The position numbers were made by a program, and so were the translations under genes. DNA of 64,000 nt from SAR11 cluster bacterium PRT-SC02 (GTDB lineage Bacteria > Pseudomonadota > Alphaproteobacteria > Pelagibacterales > Pelagibacteraceae), in assembly GCA_001321855.1 (NCBI GenBank), contig JPUP01000096.1, positions 10,989 through 74,988 of the forward strand, written 5' to 3'. Positions 45,505 to 55,068 of this stretch are shown here, piece by piece (positions within the stretch are counted from its first letter, which is position 1; every line of letters begins with the position of its first letter). The notes beneath the pieces were generated by a model, which was not told where the DNA came from, did not search any database, and was given only the letters and a program-made list of their open reading frames with translations.

Positions 45505-46310
45505 ATTTTGTACAATATTTTTTTTGAAACATTAGTTTGTTTATTAATTAGCGCTACTGTATCTTTTACACTAGATTTTTTTAAATTTTTAATAACTAAT
45601 TTGACAATTTCTTTTTTATCAACAATTTTTTCTAAATTTATATTTTTCGATACCAAAACTGTGAGTTCACCTTTTAGATTTTCAGGAAAATTTTCTATAT
45701 TATTTAAATTTCCCCTATAGAATGTTTCGTGTAGTTTTGTCATTTCTCTGGCAATTAAAATTTCATGATTTTCGAAATAGTCTTTAAAAGCTTTTATATA
45801 ATAATTTATCCTCACACTTTGAATAAAAAATACTAGGGTATAATCATAGTTTTTGATTTTATTTAAAACTTCAGACAGTTCTTTTTCTTTTTTTGGTAAA
45901 AAACCATAAAATAGAAATTTATCATCAAAACCACTGACGCTCATCGCTGCTGTAATTGAGCTGGGGCCCGGGATTGGAAAAATATCAATATTCTCTGAAA
46001 TACACTTTTTGATTAAAATTCTCCCCGGATCAGATAAGTTTGGCGTTCCCGCATCTGAAACTAAAGACAAAATATTGCCAAGTTTTAAATATTTAATTAC
46101 TTTATGAAGTTCCTTTCTCTCGTTAAATTTATGATAAGAGATCAGTTTCTTTTTAATTTTATAATGGTTGAGTAATTTTAAAGTTCGTCTAGTATCTTCA
46201 CAAAGTATAATGTCAGATTTTTTTAAAATTCTTATAGATCGAAAAGTTATGTCTTCTAAATTTCCAATAGGGGTAGATACAATATATAGTCCTTTTGAAA
46301 TTTGACTCAT
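45483..46310 (-). CDS. rsmI: 16S rRNA C1402 2'-O-methyltransferase
   Basis: LYIVSTPIGNLEDIT, CEDTR, VSDAGTPNLSDPG, REMTKLHE, KGE. Confidence 0.95.
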   Translation of the reverse strand: MSQISKGLYIVSTPIGNLEDITFRSIRILKKSDIILCEDTRRTLKLLNHYKIKKKLISYHKFNERKELHKVIKYLKLGNILSLVSDAGTPNLSDPGRILIKKCISENIDIFPIPGPSSITAAMSVSGFDDKFLFYGFLPKKEKELSEVLNKIKNYDYTLVFFIQSVRINYYIKAFKDYFENHEILIAREMTKLHETFYRGNLNNIENFPENLKGELTVLVSKNINLEKIVDKKEIVKLVIKNLKKSSVKDTVALINKQTNVSKKILYKICLEQKK

Positions 46311-46313
46311 TTT

Positions 46314-47468
46314 ATGAAAATATTTTTTAAAAAATTTTTATTAATAGTATTAATTTTTTTTTATTCTAACACATTAGCATTTGCAAATGAAGAAAAGCTT
46401 AAAGTTGGATTATTAGCTCCTTTTAGTGGAAATTATAGCGCAGTAGGAAAATCAATTCTTTACTCATTGCAATTAGCTTTAGACGAAATCGATGATAAAA
46501 ATTTGATTATAATTCCGAGAGACTCTGGGTCTGGGAATATTCAAAAACTAAACAAATCAATTAAAGAAATTTTAAATGAAGGCGCTAAAATTATAATTGG
46601 TCCGTTAAATTATACAGAATTTAAAGAAGTAAAAAAATACAAAGATACAATTTTCATATCCCCGTCGAATTTACAACCACTAGTTCAAGATAACATAATA
46701 AGCATTGGTATAAATTTAGAATCACAGTTAGTTTCTATAAAAAAATTTTTGGACAAAAATAATAAATTTAAAACAGTTGTATTATATCCAGATAATCAGT
46801 TTTCTGAATTGATTGAAGATAGTTTTAAGAAAGTGGGATTTAAAAAATATAAGATGTTTAAATATAGTAATGATCCAAAAATTTTGACGGGACAAATAGA
46901 AAAAATTACTAACTACAGTCAAAGAAAAAAAAATTTGGAAAATAGGAAGAAGCTTTTAGAAGATAAAGATGATGAAGCGTCAATAAAAAAAATGAAAGAA
47001 TTAGATCAACTATATACACTTGGAAAAGTCAATTTTGACTCTATTTTAGTCGTAGATTTTGGAAATAGTTTAAAAAGTGTTTTAGCTTCACTTGTTTTTT
47101 CTGATGTTAAAGAAAATGACGTTATGTTTATGACAATAAATCAGTGGTTTGACAAAAGTTTCTTTTACGAAAACTCTGTTAAATCTTTATATTACCCTTC
47201 AATAAATTATAAAAACTATAATAAATTTATGAAAAAATACAATAAAGTGTTTGAGTCAAGCCCAAGTGAGATATCGATACTATCTTACGATGCCTTAGGT
47301 TTAATTTATTACATTTGGAAAAAAAATAAAAAAATACTTTCAACAAAAGATTTTATTTTTAAAGACAAAATAAAAGGAAAAACTGGAACATTTTATTTTA
47401 AGGACAATAAGATATTGCAAGATCTAGATATTTACGAAGTAAGAAATAAAAAATTTATAAAGCAGTAA
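46314..47468 (+). CDS. Periplasmic-binding-fold protein (LpoA/LppC-like PBP activator or substrate-binding protein)
   Basis: Signal peptide, KVGLLAPFSG, IIIGP, YDA; divergent from rsmI as for alphaproteobacterial LpoA-like genes; start at ATG 46314. Confidence 0.7.
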   Translation: MKIFFKKFLLIVLIFFYSNTLAFANEEKLKVGLLAPFSGNYSAVGKSILYSLQLALDEIDDKNLIIIPRDSGSGNIQKLNKSIKEILNEGAKIIIGPLNYTEFKEVKKYKDTIFISPSNLQPLVQDNIISIGINLESQLVSIKKFLDKNNKFKTVVLYPDNQFSELIEDSFKKVGFKKYKMFKYSNDPKILTGQIEKITNYSQRKKNLENRKKLLEDKDDEASIKKMKELDQLYTLGKVNFDSILVVDFGNSLKSVLASLVFSDVKENDVMFMTINQWFDKSFFYENSVKSLYYPSINYKNYNKFMKKYNKVFESSPSEISILSYDALGLIYYIWKKNKKILSTKDFIFKDKIKGKTGTFYFKDNKILQDLDIYEVRNKKFIKQ

Positions 47469-48042
47469 TTTTTTTTTTAATTTTTTTGTATGCTAAAAAT
47501 CTATGATCCATTTTATATTTTTTATCTTTCCGCATTTGTCCAAATGTAATTTTTTTACCATTTGGTATAAAAATAGGATCATAACCAAATCCATTTGTTC
47601 CTGATATTTTTTTTGAAATTTTTCCATAAATTAATCCTTCATAAGTATAAGATTTTTTTTTTGAAATTCGTAAAGTAAGACTACAAACGAACCTTGCTTT
47701 TCTATTACTTTTATTTTTAAGTTTATTTAAAATTATTTTCATTGCATTATTGAAGCTTCCGTATTTTTTAGCCCATCTTGCGGAGAAAATTCCTGGTTGT
47801 TTATTTAGGGAAAATATTTCAATTCCTGAGTCGTCTGATAATGTAATTTTATTTGATTTTTTAAAAAAATAGTTGGCTTTTAGCTTTGAGTTAGCTTTAA
47901 AAGTTTTTCCTGTTTCTTTTGGGCTTTTAATCTTGAGTTGGGAGGGTGAAATTTTGATAAATCTTTTTGGTAATAATTGGCTTATTTCTTTAAACTTTCC
48001 TCTATTGTGTGTGCCAATTAATATATATTTTTTTTTTTTCAT
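47455..48042 (-). CDS. rdgB: Non-canonical purine NTP pyrophosphatase (RdgB/HAM1)
   Basis: THNRGKFKE, ETGKTF..N..LKA, DDSG, PGIFSARW, GFGYDPIF, HR. Confidence 0.93.
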   Translation of the reverse strand: MKKKKYILIGTHNRGKFKEISQLLPKRFIKISPSQLKIKSPKETGKTFKANSKLKANYFFKKSNKITLSDDSGIEIFSLNKQPGIFSARWAKKYGSFNNAMKIILNKLKNKSNRKARFVCSLTLRISKKKSYTYEGLIYGKISKKISGTNGFGYDPIFIPNGKKITFGQMRKDKKYKMDHRFLAYKKIKKKITAL

Positions 48043-48082
48043 AAACACTGGTAATTTTTTTTTTTAATATTATATAGCAATT

Positions 48083-48655
48083 ATGGCTGATGAAACTAAA
48101 AAAAATGAGGAAAATAAAGAAACAGAAACAAATTCTGAAAAAGAAGTTGAAAAAAAACAAGAACCCTCTCTAGAAGAAAAACTCAAATCTCTAGAGGATA
48201 AAAATCTTAGGTCTTTAGCAGAATTAGAAAACCAAAGAAAAAGATTTGAAAAAGAAGTTAAAGATGCTTTTGAATTTGGTGGCTACAATTTTGCAAAAGA
48301 AATTTTATCACTATTAGATAACCTTAAAAGAGCAAAAGATGCGATGAATGATGATAAAAGTCTTAAGTCAAATAAAGACTTTGATAAGTTTCTAAAAAAT
48401 ATTGAAATAATTGAAAAGGATTTAATTTCTATTTTTGAAAAAAATAAAATAAAGAAAATTGAATGTTTAAAGCAAAAGTTTGATCCAAATTTTCACCAAG
48501 CAATGCTTGAAATTGAGGATGTTACTGTTGAACCTGGTACAGTTGTAAAGGAAATGCAACCGGGATATATGTTTGGTGATAGGCTTTTAAGACCTTCATT
48601 TGTTGGTATTTCTAAGAAAAATGAGGCTAATAATAACAAAAAAAATCAAAAATAG
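48083..48655 (+). CDS. grpE: Nucleotide exchange factor GrpE
   Basis: LRSLAELENQRKR, FDPNFHQAM, GYMFGDRLLRPS. Confidence 0.95.
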   Translation: MADETKKNEENKETETNSEKEVEKKQEPSLEEKLKSLEDKNLRSLAELENQRKRFEKEVKDAFEFGGYNFAKEILSLLDNLKRAKDAMNDDKSLKSNKDFDKFLKNIEIIEKDLISIFEKNKIKKIECLKQKFDPNFHQAMLEIEDVTVEPGTVVKEMQPGYMFGDRLLRPSFVGISKKNEANNNKKNQK

Positions 48656-48656
48656 A

Positions 48657-48684
48657 CTTGTAGAATGGGAAAAGACACCCATAT
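48657..48684 (+). promoter_or_regulatory. Putative RpoH (sigma32) promoter of dnaK-dnaJ
   Basis: CTTGTA-N15-CCCATAT between the grpE stop and the dnaK SD (AAGGA). Confidence 0.7.
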
Positions 48685-48702
48685 GAACATTAAGGATAAA
48701 AT

Positions 48703-50631
48703 ATGAGTAAAGTTATTGGAATTGATTTAGGAACAACAAACTCTTGTGTTGCCATTATGGATGGTAAGCAGGCAAAAGTTTTAGAAAATACAGAGGGTGC
48801 AAGAACCACTCCATCTGTTGTTGCTTTTTTGGAAAAAGATGAAAAATTAGTAGGTCAACCGGCTAAAAGGCAAGCTGTTACTAATCCAAATGATACTATT
48901 TTTGCAGTAAAGAGATTAATAGGGAGAAAATTTGATGGTCCTTCAGTGCAGAAAGATATTTCAAAGGTACCGTATAAAATAATTAAATCAGATAATGGTG
49001 ATGCTTGGGTGGAAGGTAAAAATAAAAAATACTCTCCAGCGCAGATATCAGCTTTTGTTCTTCAAAAGATGAAAGAAACAGCAGAGAAGTATTTAGGACA
49101 AGAGGTTAAGCAAGCTGTTATTACAGTACCAGCTTACTTTAATGACTCTCAAAGACAAGCGACAAAAGATGCTGGTAAAATTGCAGGATTAGAAGTTTTA
49201 AGAATTATAAATGAGCCGACTGCTGCTTCTCTTGCTTATGGTTTAGATAAAAAAGGTGGAAAAAAAATAGCGGTTTATGATTTAGGAGGTGGAACTTTTG
49301 ATGTATCAATTCTTGAAATTGGTGATGGCGTTTTCGAAGTCAAGTCCACAAATGGTGATACTTTCCTAGGTGGCGAGGACTTTGATGACTCTATCGTTGA
49401 TTACCTTATCAACGAATTTAAAAAAGATAATTCAATAGACCTTAGATCTGACAAGCTTGCTTTACAAAGATTAAAAGAAGCTGCTGAAAAAGCTAAAATC
49501 GAATTATCGTCTGCGACCCAAACAGAAATAAATCTGCCATTTATAACTGCTGATAAGACTGGACCTAAACATTTAAATTTAAAATTTACAAGGGCAAAAC
49601 TCGAGGCTTTAGTTCAAAAATTAATTGATAGGACATTAACTCCATGTAAAACAGCTTTAAAAGACTCTGGTTTTTCAGCCGCCGAGATTAACGAGGTGGT
49701 TTTAGTCGGTGGAATGACAAGAATGCCTAAAATTGTAGAAACAGTAAAAAATTTTTTTGGAAAAGAACCGAACAAAAGTGTAAATCCAGATGAAGTTGTT
49801 GCTATGGGTGCGGCAATTCAAGCTGGAGTTTTACAGGGAGATGTGAAAGACGTTCTTTTGTTAGACGTAACACCACTATCATTAGGTATTGAAACGCTTG
49901 GTGGGGTTTCAACAAAACTTATAGATAAAAACACAACGATCCCAACAAAAAAAAGTCAAGTTTTCTCTACTGCTGAAGATAACCAGCCAGCTGTTTCAAT
50001 TAGAGTTCTTCAGGGTGAAAGAGAGATGGCGGCTGATAACAAGCTTTTAGGTAACTTCGAGCTTGTGGGAATTCCTCCAGCTGCAAGAGGTACACCTCAA
50101 ATTGAGGTAACTTTTGATATTGATGCAAATGGTATTGTAAGTGTATCAGCAAAAGATAAAGGCACTGGAAAGGAACAAAAAATACAAATTCAAGCTTCAG
50201 GAGGTCTTTCAGATGATGAAATTCAAAGCATGGTGAAAGATGCTGAAGCTAATAAAGAGGCTGATAAAAAGAAAAGAGATGCAGTAGATGCAAGAAACCA
50301 AGCTGATAGTATTGTTTTCTCAACTGAAAAAAGTCTAAAGGAACATGGTGATAAAATTTCCGAGCAAGAAAAAAAAGCAATTGAAAATGCAATTTCAGAT
50401 CTTAAAACTTCTTTAAAAGGAACTGACGTAGAAGATATCAAGAAAAAAACACAAAATCTTATACAAACCTCAATGAAACTAGGTGAAGCAGTTTATAAAA
50501 GTCAGCAAGCTAAAACTGAAACAAAGAAAAAAGATAAAGAAAAAAACGAAGACATAAAAAAAGAAGACAATGAGAATGTTGTTGACGCAGATTTCGAAGA
50601 CGTAAAAGAAGATAAAGAAAAAAGCGCCTAA
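48703..50631 (+). CDS. dnaK: Chaperone DnaK
   Basis: [40 protein letters not shown]. Confidence 0.98.
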   Translation: MSKVIGIDLGTTNSCVAIMDGKQAKVLENTEGARTTPSVVAFLEKDEKLVGQPAKRQAVTNPNDTIFAVKRLIGRKFDGPSVQKDISKVPYKIIKSDNGDAWVEGKNKKYSPAQISAFVLQKMKETAEKYLGQEVKQAVITVPAYFNDSQRQATKDAGKIAGLEVLRIINEPTAASLAYGLDKKGGKKIAVYDLGGGTFDVSILEIGDGVFEVKSTNGDTFLGGEDFDDSIVDYLINEFKKDNSIDLRSDKLALQRLKEAAEKAKIELSSATQTEINLPFITADKTGPKHLNLKFTRAKLEALVQKLIDRTLTPCKTALKDSGFSAAEINEVVLVGGMTRMPKIVETVKNFFGKEPNKSVNPDEVVAMGAAIQAGVLQGDVKDVLLLDVTPLSLGIETLGGVSTKLIDKNTTIPTKKSQVFSTAEDNQPAVSIRVLQGEREMAADNKLLGNFELVGIPPAARGTPQIEVTFDIDANGIVSVSAKDKGTGKEQKIQIQASGGLSDDEIQSMVKDAEANKEADKKKRDAVDARNQADSIVFSTEKSLKEHGDKISEQEKKAIENAISDLKTSLKGTDVEDIKKKTQNLIQTSMKLGEAVYKSQQAKTETKKKDKEKNEDIKKEDNENVVDADFEDVKEDKEKSA

Positions 50632-50654
50632 GGTAAACAAAGGAGCAATTTCTT

Positions 50655-51782
50655 GTGGCTAAAAGAGATTATTATGAAATCCTAGGTGTAAATAAATCAG
50701 CATCTCAAGAGGATATAAAAAAGGCTTATAGGAAATTAGCGTTAAAATTCCACCCTGATAAAAATAAAGGTGACAAAAAATCTGAGGAAAAATTCAAAGA
50801 GGCAAGTGAAGCCTATCACGTTTTATCTGATAATAAGAGAAAAGCAAATTATGATCAATTTGGACATGCTGCATTCGAAAGCGGTGGCAACCAAGGTTTT
50901 GGTAACTTTGATTTCTCTTCATCATTCTCTGATTTATTTGAGGACTTCTTTGGTGATGATATTTTTGGAAATACAAGAGGGCCTGGAAGAAGATCATCTA
51001 ACAGGGGTAACGATTTAAGATACGATATAAATATAAGTTTGGAAGAGGCGTATAAAGGAAACAACAAAAAAATAAATTATACATCTTATAAAAGATGCTC
51101 AAGGTGTTCAGGTCAAGGATCAGAACCAGGTTCGAAGCCAAAACAATGTGAATACTGCAACGGAAGAGGTAAAGTAAGAAGTAATCAAGGTTTCTTTACC
51201 ATCCAACAAACCTGTCCACAATGTAGTGGCTATGGAGAAACTATAAGTAATCCATGTAGGCAATGTAATGGAAGTGGAAAAAATCAAAGCCAAGAAAGCA
51301 TTTCGGTTAAAATTCCAAAAGGCGTTGATGACGGAACTAGAATAAGACTTACTGGAAAGGGTGAAGCAGGGCAAAAGGGTGGTGCTAGTGGCGATCTCTA
51401 TCTTTTCATCTCAGTAGATAATCACAGTATTTTTAAAAGATCTGACGAAAATCTTTTTTACGAATTGCCAATTACTTTTTCAGATGCAGCTTTAGGAACA
51501 ACGGTGCAAGTTCCATCTATTGATGGTGGTAAGTCAAAAATTAAGATACCCGCAGGTACTCAACACGGGAAGCAATTGAGATTGAAGGGTAAAGGAATGC
51601 CTTTATTAAGGGGGGCTGGTTACGGAGATTTATACATTAGAATTGTCACTGAGGTACCAGTATCTTTAACAACAAAGCAAAAACAACTACTTGAAGAATT
51701 TAGAAAAATTGAGGAGTCTAAGCCAAATCCTGTAATCAAAAGTTTTTTTGAAAAAGCAAAAAAATTTTGGAAAAGTTCATAA
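50655..51782 (+). CDS. dnaJ: Chaperone DnaJ
   Basis: J-domain HPD, G/F-rich region, four CxxCxGxG repeats; GTG start with AGGAG SD. Confidence 0.97.
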   Translation: MAKRDYYEILGVNKSASQEDIKKAYRKLALKFHPDKNKGDKKSEEKFKEASEAYHVLSDNKRKANYDQFGHAAFESGGNQGFGNFDFSSSFSDLFEDFFGDDIFGNTRGPGRRSSNRGNDLRYDINISLEEAYKGNNKKINYTSYKRCSRCSGQGSEPGSKPKQCEYCNGRGKVRSNQGFFTIQQTCPQCSGYGETISNPCRQCNGSGKNQSQESISVKIPKGVDDGTRIRLTGKGEAGQKGGASGDLYLFISVDNHSIFKRSDENLFYELPITFSDAALGTTVQVPSIDGGKSKIKIPAGTQHGKQLRLKGKGMPLLRGAGYGDLYIRIVTEVPVSLTTKQKQLLEEFRKIEESKPNPVIKSFFEKAKKFWKSS

Positions 51783-51787
51783 TATAA

Positions 51788-51955
51788 ATGATATTTGATC
51801 AAGTTATGTCTGTGATTTTTTTGATCGCAGTTTTAGCTTTGGTTTTGCCAGCTTTTTTATCCACTAATAAAAATTTACAAGAATTTTTTAAAAATTTGTC
51901 TGTTTGGACTGTAATTGTGATAATTATTATTGTAATCATTTATTTAATTAAATAA
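51788..51955 (+). CDS. Unannotated 55-aa two-TM membrane protein
   Basis: Hand translation MIFDQVMSVIFLIAVLALVLPAFLSTNKNLQEFFKNLSVWTVIVIIIIVIIYLIK; fills the dnaJ-dapB gap; TAATG overlap with dapB. Confidence 0.75.
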   Translation: MIFDQVMSVIFLIAVLALVLPAFLSTNKNLQEFFKNLSVWTVIVIIIIVIIYLIK

Positions 51956-52731
51956 TGAAAAAAATAAATTTGGCAATTACTGGGTGTATGGGTAGAATGG
52001 GACAACAACTCATAAAGTCATCCAAAAATTTTAAAGAATTTAAATTAGTTGCTCTAACAGAAAATAGAATTATAAATAAAAAAATTAATGGTGTTAGACC
52101 TCAATTTAATACTGTTGATGCATTTAATAAAGCAAATGTAATTATAGATTTTACAGTGCCTAAGTGTACCCTGCAAATTCTGAACATCGCTGCTAAATTA
52201 AAAAAGAAGGTAGTGATAGGAACCACTGGTTTTTCAAAAAAGGAAGAACTTTTTATAAAAAAAATTTCCAAAAAAATACCGATTCTTAAAGCAGGAAATA
52301 TGAGCTTGGGTGTAAACCTTTTAATGTATTTGACTGAGATTACATCAAGATCTTTAGGAAAAAATTTTCTTTATAAAATTTACGAGGTTCATCATAATAA
52401 AAAAAAAGATTATCCATCAGGTACGGCTTTAATGCTTGGTAATGGTATAGCGGTTGGAAAAAACAAAAATTTTAGTAATATGATAGGAAAAAAATATTTA
52501 AATAAAAAGAATTTCCCTTACGGTAAAAAGATTAATTTTAATTCTATTCGCAGAGGCAATGTTATAGGAGAGCATATAGTCAAGTTCTCAAGCGGAAAAG
52601 AATTGGTTACATTAAATCATGTGTCTTTCGACAGAGCTTTATATTCCGAGGGTGCTTTAACGGCTTCCAAATGGTTAATGAAAAAAAAACCAGGTCTTTA
52701 TTCAATGAGAGATCTTTTAAACTTTAAGTGA
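51955..52731 (+). CDS. dapB: 4-hydroxy-tetrahydrodipicolinate reductase
   Basis: GCMGRMG, IDFT, VIGTTG, NMSLGVN, EVHHNKKKDYPSGTA. Confidence 0.95.
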   Translation: MKKINLAITGCMGRMGQQLIKSSKNFKEFKLVALTENRIINKKINGVRPQFNTVDAFNKANVIIDFTVPKCTLQILNIAAKLKKKVVIGTTGFSKKEELFIKKISKKIPILKAGNMSLGVNLLMYLTEITSRSLGKNFLYKIYEVHHNKKKDYPSGTALMLGNGIAVGKNKNFSNMIGKKYLNKKNFPYGKKINFNSIRRGNVIGEHIVKFSSGKELVTLNHVSFDRALYSEGALTASKWLMKKKPGLYSMRDLLNFK

Positions 52732-53381
52732 ACAACAAACAAAAATCTAAAATTATTCAAAAAATATTAAATAAAACCTATCCGCAAGTTCCAATACCCT
52801 TGAATTACAAAAATACATTTACTTTGCTTATTTCAGTGTTACTTTCAGCTCAATGTACTGATTTAAATGTAAATAATGTCACTAAAAAAATTTATCCTAA
52901 ATATAATAAACCGAAGCATTTTGTAAAATTAGGAAGAAAGAAAATAGAAAGATTGATAAGAAAAATTGGAATTTTTAGGGTAAAAGCTAAAAGTATTTTT
53001 TATTTATCTAAAACATTGGTAGAGAAATACAATAGCAAGGTTCCCAACACTTACGAGAAATTAGAACAATTGCCAGGTGTTGGACATAAGACAGCAAGCG
53101 TTGTCATGTCTCAAGGATTTGGCTTTCCAGCGTTTCCTGTTGACACTCATATTCACCGCTTAGCACAAAGATGGGGTTTAACTAATGGCAAAAGTGTTGT
53201 GCAAACAGAAAAAGATTTAAAAGCGGTATTTCCAAAAAAAAACTGGAATAAACTCCATTTACAGATTATTTGGTATGGAAGAGAATATTGTAAAGCAAGA
53301 GAATGTTTCGGCTTAGCTTGTAAAATTTGTAGAAGCTGCTGTCCAAATAGAAAAAGGAAATTTATAGCAAAGAAAGCATAG
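52728..53381 (+). CDS. nth: Endonuclease III
   Basis: LLSAQCTD, HhH LPGVGHKTA, PVDTHIHR, C-terminal Cys cluster. Confidence 0.93.
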   Translation: MNNKQKSKIIQKILNKTYPQVPIPLNYKNTFTLLISVLLSAQCTDLNVNNVTKKIYPKYNKPKHFVKLGRKKIERLIRKIGIFRVKAKSIFYLSKTLVEKYNSKVPNTYEKLEQLPGVGHKTASVVMSQGFGFPAFPVDTHIHRLAQRWGLTNGKSVVQTEKDLKAVFPKKNWNKLHLQIIWYGREYCKARECFGLACKICRSCCPNRKRKFIAKKA

Positions 53382-53382
53382 A

Positions 53383-54315
53383 ATGAAAGTTGTAGGAATC
53401 GGAAATGCAATAGTTGATGTTATTTGTGAAGTGAGTGAAAATTTTCTAATCAAAAATAAATTAACTAAGAGTACTATGAAATTAGTAGATGAAGACGAAT
53501 TTAAAAAATTACTTAAAAATTTAAAAATTGAAAAAACAATTTCAGGTGGATCTGTGGCCAATAGTATTGTGGGTCTTGCTCAACTTGGCAATGAAGTTGG
53601 TTTTATTGGTAAAGTTAATGACGATGATCTCGGAAAAGAATATTTAGAAGGACTATCAAAAGAGAATGTAAAATTTCATTACAACTTAAAGAAAGAAAAA
53701 ACTCCAACTGGTACCTGTTTGATTTTAATAACCCCAGACTCAGAAAGAACAATGTGTACTTTTCTCGGTATTGCAGGAAAAATAAATGAGAGTGATATTG
53801 ATGAAAATATTGTTAAAAATAGTGAAGTCGCTTTTTTAGAGGGGTATTTATGGGATAAAGGTGACCCGCAAAAAGCTTTTAATAAAGTAATAGAAAGTTC
53901 TAAACAGACAGCAATGTCCCTCTCTGATTTATTTTGTGTTGAGAGGCACAAAGAGTCCTTCTTAAACTTAGTAAAAAACAAATTAAGTATAGTATTTGCC
54001 AATGAACAAGAAATTAAAAGTCTTATTAATGCAAAAAACTTGGATGATATAATTAATTTTGCCAAACAAACTAAAAAATTAATAGTCGTAACCAGAGGAG
54101 AAAAAGGTGCAATAGCAATACAATACGACGATGTAGAAAAATGTGAGGCCAATAAAAATTTAAAAATAAAAGATCTTACTGGTGCTGGTGATTTATTTGC
54201 AGCCGGGTTTTTACATGGTTATATAAATAATTTATCCCTGAAAGAGAGTTTGGTGAAAGGAACAGATTTATCTTCAAAAATAATTCAACAAGTAGGTGCA
54301 AGAATTGAAATTTGA
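53383..54315 (+). CDS. PfkB-family kinase (adenosine kinase-like)
   Basis: GNAIVD, GGSVANS, ERTMCTFLG, EGYLWD, DLTGAGDLFAAGF. Confidence 0.9.
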   Translation: MKVVGIGNAIVDVICEVSENFLIKNKLTKSTMKLVDEDEFKKLLKNLKIEKTISGGSVANSIVGLAQLGNEVGFIGKVNDDDLGKEYLEGLSKENVKFHYNLKKEKTPTGTCLILITPDSERTMCTFLGIAGKINESDIDENIVKNSEVAFLEGYLWDKGDPQKAFNKVIESSKQTAMSLSDLFCVERHKESFLNLVKNKLSIVFANEQEIKSLINAKNLDDIINFAKQTKKLIVVTRGEKGAIAIQYDDVEKCEANKNLKIKDLTGAGDLFAAGFLHGYINNLSLKESLVKGTDLSSKIIQQVGARIEI

Positions 54316-54316
54316 T

Positions 54317-54448
54317 TTAATCACTTAAATTATGTTTTTTGTTTTTGCTTGATCTTTTAAAACTACCTTTACCTTTTTTGGGTTTTACAATTCTTTTTCT
54401 GTATTTATTAGAAAATAAATCTAGTGCTATTTTATTCCTTCTTTTCAA
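54317..54448 (-). CDS. arfA: ArfA-like alternative ribosome-rescue factor (43 aa, not in the ORF track)
   Basis: Hand translation from TTG: MKRRNKIALDLFSNKYRKRIVKPKKGKGSFKRSSKNKKHNLSD; ArfA-type N-x-I-A...(F/Y)R-x-R...KKGKGS(Y/F)xR pattern; TTGA overlap with the upstream stop; fills the gap exactly. Confidence 0.75.
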   Translation of the reverse strand: MKRRNKIALDLFSNKYRKRIVKPKKGKGSFKRSSKNKKHNLSD

Positions 54449-55068
54449 ATTGAATATCCATTTTGCCTATTGATAATAAAATTATCATCATCAAATTTTT
54501 TCTTAATTTTTTTTCTTAGACGATAAATGTGTGTTTCAACAGTATGTGTATCAGCTTCGATAGAGTAGCCCCAAACTTGTTTTAAGATCTCTGGTTTTGA
54601 TAAAGGTTTCTCTTTATAAAGAAATAATTCAAGAAGCTGTACCTCTTTTTCAGTAATAATTACAAATGTATTATCTCTTATTAATTTTCTTTCATTTTTA
54701 TCCAAAATATAATTCTTAATTTCAATTTTTGAATTGTCTAAAAATTGTTCTGCTGAAATATTTTTAATTATAATATCATCTAGCTCTTTAAATTTTACTG
54801 GCAATAAAATCTGGGTAGAGTCAAATAAAAGTTTGTTTTTTTTCTCTTTGACAATCAAGATTTTAATATTCTTATTTTTTTTTAATATTTCAAGATTTTT
54901 ACTATTTTCTAAATAATCTTGGTGAATTATATTTACTTTAAAATCGGAAAGATTCTTTTTTTCTATTTTAGTTGTACATTTGTATTTAAAATCATCTTTT
55001 ATTTCTTCTAAAGATTTGTTGAATTCATCGTTCCCGATTGATAAAACTTTTATATCTTCGTTATGCAT
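54445..55068 (-). CDS. OmpR/PhoB winged-helix regulator with degenerate receiver domain
   Basis: C-terminal ITEKE..LL, VWGY, THTVETHIYRLRKKI, GY; the N-terminus lacks a recognisable acidic pocket, phospho-Asp and KP. Confidence 0.85.
   Translation of the reverse strand: MHNEDIKVLSIGNDEFNKSLEEIKDDFKYKCTTKIEKKNLSDFKVNIIHQDYLENSKNLEILKKNKNIKILIVKEKKNKLLFDSTQILLPVKFKELDDIIIKNISAEQFLDNSKIEIKNYILDKNERKLIRDNTFVIITEKEVQLLELFLYKEKPLSKPEILKQVWGYSIEADTHTVETHIYRLRKKIKKKFDDDNFIINRQNGYSI

Noticed and set aside
48029-48065. Long poly-T tracts as phase-variation sites
   Set aside because: A/T runs of 8-11 nt occur throughout (Lys codons and spacers), and no frameshifted gene was seen
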